Shown here: positions 35,360-43,400 of the stretch, in pieces
How positions within the stretch are numbered: the first letter of the stretch is position 1
Layout: each line of letters starts with the position of its first letter
IMG/VR virus record: IMGVR_UViG_3300042321_002898
Span: 1 to 52,400 of that record
Origin: a virus
Taxonomy: Duplodnaviria > Caudoviricetes
Length of the DNA: 52,400 bases
Reading direction: 5' to 3' (one strand)
Translations under genes and position numbers: made by a program
Notes under the pieces: model-generated
Seen by the model: the letters and a program-made list of their open reading frames with translations, nothing else
What the model was told of the DNA's origin: nothing
Database searches by the model: none

Positions 35360-35845
35360 ATGAGCCTCGCCCACACCACCGTCATCTTCCTGCAGAACCC
35401 ATGGTTTCCGCCTGAGACAGACCCCGCGATCCTGCAGTCCTACATGCACGACGTCCAATTCCGCCGCGAGCTTCTCGCGACGACGATGACCGGACGCCGT
35501 CTCCTGAGTCTGTTTGGTCCGATGTATCACGACATCTGGTGGGACAACGCCCACCCCAGGCCAGTCCTCGGCGACCACCGCGGAGTCGGAGATCCCGACC
35601 ATGAGCACATGCTGCACGTGATTCTCGAGAGGCGCCCGAAGACCATCGGGCTTCTTGGGAGGCGCGCGGCCGCCGGTATGGACCGGCTGTCTCGGGAGGT
35701 GCCGCTGTTCTTTCAGGGCGACCGCATGCTCGGGGCTCGGATTGTCACGGCCCGTCATCCCAACGCCATGGGCTGCACGACAGAGGAGCTCGAGAGGTTC
35801 AGCAACATCGTCATCAACCGTGCCATCGGCTGTGTCGGCGTATGA
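35360..35845 (+). CDS. Uracil-DNA-glycosylase-superfamily protein (divergent)
   Basis: IFLQNP, TGRRL, WDNA, RPKTIGLLGRRA and RHPNA follow UDG-fold motif order. Confidence 0.6.
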   Translation: MSLAHTTVIFLQNPWFPPETDPAILQSYMHDVQFRRELLATTMTGRRLLSLFGPMYHDIWWDNAHPRPVLGDHRGVGDPDHEHMLHVILERRPKTIGLLGRRAAAGMDRLSREVPLFFQGDRMLGARIVTARHPNAMGCTTEELERFSNIVINRAIGCVGV

Positions 35846-37956
35846 AGTTTCCGTGCATCACGAATCTCGTCACGCAGGACGTGGAGATGCTCAGGCCGTG
35901 GGAGTTTGTTCCCGAGGTGCCAAAGTTCAAGACCAAGCGGCTCTACAAGGAATGGCTCGCGCAGGACACGACCGAGCACTGCCTCTATTGCGGCTTCACG
36001 GGGCTCATCCCGAGCCTGCGACTGCACAAGGACGCAAATCCGGTCCATTCCATCCACGCCCTGGTGGCCGACTACGATTCCGAGATTGACATCTCCGACC
36101 TCGAGTCGATGCTGGGCAGGTGCGATGCCACTCCGCCGACCTGGGCCCACAGGACACCATCCGGGGGAGCCAGACTGGTGTGGATCCTGGACCGCCCGGT
36201 TCTTGTCGCGTCGGGATCTGTCCTGATCAAGACGCTCAGGGCGGCGGCCAAGTCGCTCGACCTGCGTGGCCTCCTGCCCGGCTTCGACTTTGACTCGGCC
36301 TTTCTCAACCCGACCATCTATTACGACGTCGGTCGCGACTGGATGGAGATCGATGGGGCCCCTCCTCTCGATGCCGCGGTCGTCGAGGGCTGGATGCTGA
36401 AGTCGTCTGAGTCTGTCAAGTGGACCGGCGACATGATTCCGCTCGACGTGATCGAGAACGAGCTCCATCAGCGCTTTCCTGGCCGCTGGAACGGACCGTT
36501 TGTCGAGGGATCTCGAGGAGTGCGGTTCTGGGACCCGATGGCAGACAACCCGACTGCCGCGATCGTCAGGCCGACTGGGATGCAGTGCTTCACCGGCTCA
36601 TCTGGCTTCGTGCCGTGGTCAAAGATCTTTGGAAGCCGCTTCGTCGAACAGTTCACGTCGAGCAGACTCAGCGAGGTGATCGACGGGGTCTGGTATGACG
36701 GCAAGAACTACTGGTATCAGTCGGCAGACGGCAAGTGGGAGGCGCGCGCCGAGAGGGAGATGGGCCGGTGGCTCAAGGTCGAGCAGGGACTGGCGGCTGA
36801 AAAAGAAAAGAACGCGACCTTCTCCGAGGTCGAGCACGCGCTCTACACGGTCGACCAGCACAGGCGCGTCGTGGGAGCGGCCCCGTTCGTCTACCTGCCG
36901 CCGGGCATGATCGAATTCATGGGCAAGCGAGTCCTCAACACGGCCAGGGTCATGCCGCTCAGGCCGACCGAATCGGTCGCCGACTGGGGAGACCGCTTTC
37001 CGTGGCTCAGTGGATTTCTTGAGAAGTTCTTTGACAACGACGAGCAGCTGCTCTATTTTCTGTCGTGGCTCAAGAGGTTCTACTGCTCGGCGCTCGACGG
37101 GGCCCCGAAGCAGGGACAGGCCCTGTTCATCGCCGGTGAGCCCGGGCAGGGCAAGACCCTGCTGTCCAACAGGATCGTCTCTGGTCTGGTCGGAGGTCAC
37201 CAGGACGCGACCCAGTTTCTTCTGGGAGCATCCTCGTTCAACAAGGAGCTGTTCCATCACGGCCTGTGGTCAGTCGACGACGCGACGCCCGGCGACAGCT
37301 CGGCAGACCACAAAAAGTTCTCGAGCCTGCTCAAGAAGGTCACGGCCAACACGACCTTTGAATACCATGCCAAGTTCCAGGATTCGGTCATGGTCGAGTG
37401 GACTGGCCGCGTGATCATCACCGGAAACCTTGACGCCGAGTCGCTCCGCATCCTGCCTGATCTCGACACGTCGATCCTCGACAAGATCATGCTCTTCAGG
37501 GCCGCCACCGTCGACAAGATGTTTCCAGAGAGGCACATCCTCCAGGACACGATCACGAGAGAGCTTCCATATCTCGCGGCGTGGCTGGTCGAGTTTGACG
37601 TGCCCGAGGAATGCATCTCTGACCAGGCGCGCTACGGGATCAGGGGATACCACCATCCAGAGCTGCGGCTCGCGGCCGGTGAGAGCACGGACGCGGCAGT
37701 CCTCGACGAGGTGCTGTCGGCCTTCATGCTCGAGAGATCTCGCAACGGCGAGACCGACGCCTGGTCTGGAACCGCGACAGCTCTCATGCAGGACATCTTT
37801 CTCTATGACAGTCTGCGCAATATCGTCGGTCGCAACTCGGCGAGGTGGTTCGGCATCCAGCTCGGCAAGCTCGAGGCCCAGGGCCGCGGGGTGGTCTCGG
37901 TTCGAATCGGGGGCAAGAAGTCCTACACGATCTTCCCCGAGGGGGCCAAAAAGTAG
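35842..37956 (+). CDS. Primase-helicase (N-terminal prim-pol-like, C-terminal SF3 helicase)
   Basis: VADYD and TPSGGAR primase-like motifs; GEPGQGKT, SVDD and IITGN SF3 motifs A/B/C. Confidence 0.8.
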   Translation: MKFPCITNLVTQDVEMLRPWEFVPEVPKFKTKRLYKEWLAQDTTEHCLYCGFTGLIPSLRLHKDANPVHSIHALVADYDSEIDISDLESMLGRCDATPPTWAHRTPSGGARLVWILDRPVLVASGSVLIKTLRAAAKSLDLRGLLPGFDFDSAFLNPTIYYDVGRDWMEIDGAPPLDAAVVEGWMLKSSESVKWTGDMIPLDVIENELHQRFPGRWNGPFVEGSRGVRFWDPMADNPTAAIVRPTGMQCFTGSSGFVPWSKIFGSRFVEQFTSSRLSEVIDGVWYDGKNYWYQSADGKWEARAEREMGRWLKVEQGLAAEKEKNATFSEVEHALYTVDQHRRVVGAAPFVYLPPGMIEFMGKRVLNTARVMPLRPTESVADWGDRFPWLSGFLEKFFDNDEQLLYFLSWLKRFYCSALDGAPKQGQALFIAGEPGQGKTLLSNRIVSGLVGGHQDATQFLLGASSFNKELFHHGLWSVDDATPGDSSADHKKFSSLLKKVTANTTFEYHAKFQDSVMVEWTGRVIITGNLDAESLRILPDLDTSILDKIMLFRAATVDKMFPERHILQDTITRELPYLAAWLVEFDVPEECISDQARYGIRGYHHPELRLAAGESTDAAVLDEVLSAFMLERSRNGETDAWSGTATALMQDIFLYDSLRNIVGRNSARWFGIQLGKLEAQGRGVVSVRIGGKKSYTIFPEGAKK

Positions 37957-38003
37957 CCCTCGGAGGGCCCCGAAAAAAAGTTGAAAAAAGTTTCATTCTG
38001 GGG

Positions 38004-38042
38004 TTTACACGTGCCTGGCAGCCAGCTATATTAGCCCTCGTT
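38004..38042 (+). promoter_or_regulatory. Repeated phage promoter
   Basis: TTTACA-17(cgtgcctggcagccagc)-TATATT-10 nt-ATG; A-tracts upstream. Confidence 0.75.
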
Positions 38043-38897
38043 ATGAGCAATACTGCAAACACAACTACGGCCCAGGTCCTCCTGGGAGAACTGAACGACA
38101 CCCGCCTCCGTGAGCTCGCCCCGGCGATCTTCGCGAAGAAACCCGCCCCCGACGTCTCCGAGCGCTACACGTTCGTGAGCACGTCCGAGGTCCTTCCGGT
38201 CCTGCGCGACCACGGCTTCGTGCCGGTCAATGCGCGCCAGCGCCGCGAGGCCGGGATCACTGGGCAGCACCGCGTGGAGCTGTTTCACCGCAACCACCTC
38301 GAGAAGCTGCAGTCGGGCAAGCTGGAGTCCGCCCCGCGCGTCATCCTCGAGAACAGCCACGACCGCACTCGCCGTCTGTCGGCCATGGCCGGTTTCTACC
38401 GCCTGGTCTGCAGCAATGGCATGGTCGTCGCCTCGGGCATGGCCTCGAGCTTCGTCGCGACCCACGTGTCGCTCGATTCCGAGGCCGTCCGCTCGATGAT
38501 CGCCAACATGGCCAAGCTGCTCGATGAGTCCGAGGGCCGCGTCGAGGCCTTCCGCGAGCGGAAGCTGAACAAGATCGAGCAGAGCATGTATGCGCGCTTC
38601 GCGATCGAGGCCCGCTACAAGGGCTATGCCGACATGCCCATCGAGGCCAAGGATGTCCTCGTCGCCCGTCGCGACGTCGACAAGCATGACGACCTCTGGA
38701 CCGTGTTCAACCGCGTCCAGGAGAACGTCATCAAGGGCGGCATCGAGACTCGCCTGGGTCGTCGCAGCCGCGGGGTCACGTCCTTCCACATGGACACCCT
38801 CGTCAATCGCCGCCTCTGGGCCGGTGCCGAGGCCCTGCTCGCCGGCGGGACCCACGGCCTGCAGAAGTTCCGCAAGGAGATGCTGGCCGCCGAATAA
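38043..38897 (+). CDS. DUF932-family protein
   Basis: APAIFA...SERYTFVST, ILENSHD, GFYRLVCSNGMV and DLWTVFNRVQEN. Confidence 0.85.
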   Translation: MSNTANTTTAQVLLGELNDTRLRELAPAIFAKKPAPDVSERYTFVSTSEVLPVLRDHGFVPVNARQRREAGITGQHRVELFHRNHLEKLQSGKLESAPRVILENSHDRTRRLSAMAGFYRLVCSNGMVVASGMASSFVATHVSLDSEAVRSMIANMAKLLDESEGRVEAFRERKLNKIEQSMYARFAIEARYKGYADMPIEAKDVLVARRDVDKHDDLWTVFNRVQENVIKGGIETRLGRRSRGVTSFHMDTLVNRRLWAGAEALLAGGTHGLQKFRKEMLAAE

Positions 38898-38917
38898 TCC
38901 ACGAAAGCCTCAGCCAA

Positions 38918-38951
38918 GGGGGCCCTCCGGGGCCCCCCCCTATTTTTTTTT
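38918..38951 (+). terminator. Rho-independent terminator
   Basis: GGGGGCCC-TCCG-GGGCCCCC followed by a long T-tract. Confidence 0.8.
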
Positions 38952-38971
38952 CATTTTTTTGCTTTTTGGGG

Positions 38972-39009
38972 TTTACTTGGCTGCCAGCCATGGTAGAGTG
39001 GTCCTTGTC
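38972..39009 (+). promoter_or_regulatory. Repeated phage promoter
   Basis: TTTACT-16(tggctgccagccatgg)-TAGAGT-10 nt-ATG. Confidence 0.75.
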
Positions 39010-39336
39010 ATGAGCACACAAAACACCCAAACGGGCACGGGGATTTCCGCCGTGCGTTCTATCACCATCACTCGCGAATCCTCCGACATATTTACCGCTG
39101 AAAGCAATTTTGGCTTTTGGGGTGACTCATCCTGTCTTCGCGAACGTCTTGCTTTTGATGACCGCGGGAATCTGTCAGCCGTCAAAGCGCAAACCATAGA
39201 CAGGGCGCAAGGCTTGGAGTATATCCTTATTTCGCCCATGTCATTCCGCGAGGGCGGGAAATACGCTCCCATCATCGCCGCTGCAAGCGGGTTGCAGGTC
39301 GGCGACTCCGCCGTTGTCCCCGTCCATCACGTTTGA
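39010..39336 (+). CDS. Hypothetical protein (108 aa)
   Basis: MSTQNTQTG...; starts at the promoter-linked ATG; looks lower in GC than its neighbours. Confidence 0.6.
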   Translation: MSTQNTQTGTGISAVRSITITRESSDIFTAESNFGFWGDSSCLRERLAFDDRGNLSAVKAQTIDRAQGLEYILISPMSFREGGKYAPIIAAASGLQVGDSAVVPVHHV

Positions 39337-39348
39337 TTGTTTCTAGCA

Positions 39349-40071
39349 ATGAACACATCCAACATCATCGAAAAAATCCGCAACCTCTTCAAGATGGCCG
39401 ATCCCTCGAGCGGGGCCACGGCCAACGAGATGGAGGTCGCTCTCCGCAAGGCACGCGAGCTGATGACGCGCCACGGCATCGAACAGATGCAGGTGGGCGA
39501 GGCACGCGAGGCCGAGACCATCAACAAGGTGTCCGTCAACACCGGCCGCAAGAAGCGCGACGAGGATCGCTGGATCCCTGCCGTCATCCACCAGGTCTTC
39601 GACGTCAAGGTCGTCTACTCGGCGCAGTGGGACTCGACCGTCGGCCGCTCTGGCGGCTACCGGCACGTCTACATCTTCGTCGGGGAGTCGCTCGACATCG
39701 AGGCCGCCCGCATGGCGCTGCCACTCGTCTATGACGCGATGAAGACCGGCCTCAACCACCACCTCAAGATGACTGGCAAGGCGTGGAACACGACGACTGC
39801 CAACTCGTTTTTCCGCGGAGTCGCCGATGGATTCATCAACGAGTCGACCCACGGCCGCCAGGCCGCGATGCGCCGCTTCAAGAAGGAGGAGCAGGACCGC
39901 TTCGCGATCGTGATCGCCGATAAAAAGAAACGCATCAAGGACTGGGTCGACCAGAACATGGACCTCCGCTCGAGCCGCAGCCGCAGCCGCGCGAGCCACG
40001 ACGCCGGCGCCCACGAGCACGGCAAGCAGGTCGGGGCCTCGATCGACTTCACCTCCAAGATCGCCGCCTGA
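39349..40071 (+). CDS. DUF2786-family protein
   Basis: IIEKIRNLFKMA...ATANEMEVALRKARELMTRHGI N-terminal pattern. Confidence 0.8.
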   Translation: MNTSNIIEKIRNLFKMADPSSGATANEMEVALRKARELMTRHGIEQMQVGEAREAETINKVSVNTGRKKRDEDRWIPAVIHQVFDVKVVYSAQWDSTVGRSGGYRHVYIFVGESLDIEAARMALPLVYDAMKTGLNHHLKMTGKAWNTTTANSFFRGVADGFINESTHGRQAAMRRFKKEEQDRFAIVIADKKKRIKDWVDQNMDLRSSRSRSRASHDAGAHEHGKQVGASIDFTSKIAA

Positions 40072-40073
40072 CC

Positions 40074-40274
40074 ATGACCGCCCTCCGCGTCATCAACTCG
40101 GTCGAGCCCCTGCTCGAGGCCCACGTCAAGATGGCCCGCCGCCACGGATTCGAAGAAATTCGGATCCCGGTCGGCCGGGCGGTCTCGGTCATGAACGAAC
40201 TGCGCCGTCTGAAAGAGACCATCCGCCGCGAACAGCGACCGCGTCCCTTCATGCGCGACATCCACCCCGTCTGA
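40074..40274 (+). CDS. Hypothetical protein
   Basis: 66 aa, tightly packed. Confidence 0.6.
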   Translation: MTALRVINSVEPLLEAHVKMARRHGFEEIRIPVGRAVSVMNELRRLKETIRREQRPRPFMRDIHPV

Positions 40275-40276
40275 CC

Positions 40277-40405
40277 ATGGACCCCGACATCCTCATCATC
40301 CTGCGAGGCCTCATCCAGATCGCCTGGAACTTCTGGCCAGCCCTGGTCTTCATCGTCCTGGGGCTGGTCGTGGTCCTGGCCTGGGAACGGGCAGACCGAG
40401 ACTAG
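40277..40405 (+). CDS. Small membrane protein (42 aa)
   Basis: MDPDILIILRGLIQIAWNFWPALVFIVLGLVVVLAWERADRD; its stop overlaps the stop of the convergent giant gene. Confidence 0.6.
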   Translation: MDPDILIILRGLIQIAWNFWPALVFIVLGLVVVLAWERADRD

Positions 40406-43400
40406 CCGCCGCGGATCACATCGCGCATCGTCTCGCGGATGGTCTGCTTCCACTCGTCCTCGGTCGAGAAGTCCTTCCTGGTGATGCCCATGCGATCTCG
40501 CAGATAGGCGATGGTCTTGCGCTTGTCCTCGGAATAGAGACTGAAGTCAAAGTTGCCGTCGTCATCGGTGTAGCGAGGGTTGTAGCCGGGCATGAATCTG
40601 GCCCCAGACAGAGGACCCTGGTCAGTGTCTGGTCCCGTGACTCCGGCAAGACTCTGGTCATCCTGGGATGATCCGGGCATGAATCGAGCGTTTGGTCGGG
40701 CACTCGAGGGTGCCACAAAGACTTCGCCTTCTCCAAAAGCTCCCTCCATGTGCTTTCCGGGCATGTGGGGTTGCTCGGATCGATTGATCCCGAGTTCCTC
40801 GGCAATGTCGTCGATGGCCCCGTCCTCGATCACAGGAAACTTGCCCACCGGACTGATCCTGAGCACCTCGGGTTCAAGACCTCGGCGACTCTCGGCGTTG
40901 GCATAGGCGACCATGTCGGCCATGTCGTAAAACTGCGTGAATGACTTTGCCTGTCGAGTCAACTGAGATCTTTTTTCATCTAGTCCGACTCCTCGATAGA
41001 GTTCGTCCATGCCGCGTTCTTGCAGATTTTCTTGAGACATTGCCAGGAGTCTCTTGAAATACGGGTTGTCTTTCAGCGTCACAAAGACAGACGACAGGGC
41101 CTTGCGGCTATCGACTCCCTTGGAGTGCATGGCAAGTCTCTGCAGACCCGCGATCATCGCGGCCGCGTCGGCATCAGGTTCTTTTGAGGTGACGACATCG
41201 CCGACACGCCACCGGTTCTTGCCAATCTTGACGGGTCTTGGAATCTTGAACGGACGGACTCCCTCGATGTCGATCAGACGGCTGGTATCCGCCGGCATGA
41301 ACTTGGCCCCCGGTCCCGTGCCGCCCGTGCCCTCCTCAGAGTCGGGATTGTTTTCTAGAAACTCACTGATCTTGTCGTAGAACGCATCGAGCATGTCCGA
41401 GGGCTCGCGATACTCGCCCGGGTCGAGCATGAAATAGCCGACTGAGTCCTCCATGCCGGGCTCGACGTAGATGTTGACCCTGGTTCCTCCAAGACCAGAG
41501 GCGATCGGCTCAAACGTGTATTTGCCGAGCGACGTCGTCTCGTCGTTCATCAGGGCCTCGGCGGCCTCGTTGATCATGGCCGTCGTGATCGGCTTGGTCT
41601 TGGTCCCAGGTGCCGTCGGGGCAGACGTGGCTCCAAGAGTCGACAGGGCCTCGTAGATGGCCGCCTCGAGATCCATGGGTTCCATGTTCTGCGATCCCTG
41701 GATCGGGATGATGCCGAACACGTTGCCGTCCTTGTCGTAGCCGGTGATCGCGACAGACCCGACCTCGGTGACGCCCTTTGCAAACTTCTTGCCGCCGACC
41801 TCGACGACCTCGATGTCCGGGTCCATGAGCTGGGCGGCCGCCTGCATCGTGAAGTCTTCCTGTTCTGTTAAGAGCGGCTTTTCATTCTTTGCCGTCGGCT
41901 TGTTCAGAAACTTTGCGGCCTCTCGGATGACGTATGCAAACGGTCCGATCGCGAAATTCTTGTCGTCCTTGATGAACTGATACATTCCGTCCTCCGCGAC
42001 CTGCTTGACAATCTTGACCTCGTCTCCCTGGCCGTTCGTGAGAACCACGGACTTCCATTTGCCATCCTTGGTGGCCTGCGCGTCGTCAAGAGTCACTCCC
42101 AGATTGTCGACAAATTTCATCAGTGCGTCGGAGTCGGCAAGAATCACGGGATCCGCCTCATTCTCCGAGGGTTTCAGATACGGGTGGCTGGGATTCGCGG
42201 CATCGAAGATCGCCAGGGCCGTCTCAGAGACAGACGGAAGGACTCCGTTGTCGGCCCAGTATTGCATGATGGCCGTCTTGTTGCCGGGCGCCCACTCGGT
42301 CACAAACGGATCGCCCTGCTCGTCCTCGTATGGATTTGTCACGGCCGTGCCCGAGTTTGTCGTGAAATACACGTGGTTGGTCCCGCCGATCTCGCCCTCT
42401 TCAAACGGTCCGACCATGGCGGCCGCCTCGGCGACGGTCATGAGGGTGTCGTCTGCCTTGGCATATCCGACTGCCGGAGAATCCAGGGTCAGCCCCTCTT
42501 CCTCGACTTCTTCGACCATGTCGGCCGCCTTGCGCTTCTCAAGCTTGTCGGATGCCCACTTGCCGACGTCGTAGAGATACTTGCCGAGGGCCTCGACGTC
42601 GTTGGGGCTAAGTGCGTCAATGATCTTTGCCTTGGCGAGGCCCTCAGAATTTCCGAGAAGAAGCGACTCCACGAACTCAGCCGAGGCGTCGATGTCGGAC
42701 GGCGGAAGATTCACGAGGTTGGTGTCAACCCACTCCTGATCCTGCAGATTCTCAAGCAGTTGATTGACTCTGTTTCTCGCGGCCCACGGAAGATTCTCAA
42801 GAAGATTGCTGATTCCCTCACTCTGCGCGGGCATCTGCGGCTTCATCTCGGTCTTCAGATTCTGCTGCATCCAGTCCATGACGTTGCCGTAGCCGGCCTG
42901 TTTGGCGCGCATCATCGCGTAGTCGGACAGCCAGTCAACGGCGTCGCGCTTCTTGCCGCCAGGAATCTGGGCCGTGGTGAGAAGATTGCCCTCAGACACT
43001 GAGTCTCCGGCATAGACCTTGAGAGTCGCGACCTTGCCAGATCCACCGGCATTGAGAACCGTGACATCGCCGAGCTTCAGGCCGTTGAATCCGGCGGTCA
43101 TGAGAGTCTCAACAAACTTGTTGAGGTTCGTCGGAGTCGAAACATTGGTCTTTGGCTTGAATGTGCTGCCCATGAACCAGTTCTGGTCTGCAATGGGCTT
43201 TGGCTTCGGAAGCTTGATCTCGACATTCGGGACATTAGACAAAGACGGCTTCTTGCCGGTCACCCGCGGATCCTTGCCCTCGTTCAGGAGCATGCGAAAG
43301 AGTTTCGTGGCGTCTGTCTGCGCGATTCCGATGTCTCCAAAGTGGTCCTGCAGGATCAGACCGATGTGGGCATTCTGGTCCTTCTTGATGGCCTTCCAGG

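Noticed and set aside
40402-40405. Overlapping stop codons (CTAG) of the two convergent gene arms as a special element
   Set aside because: Real but adequately explained by genome compaction; no further structure seen.
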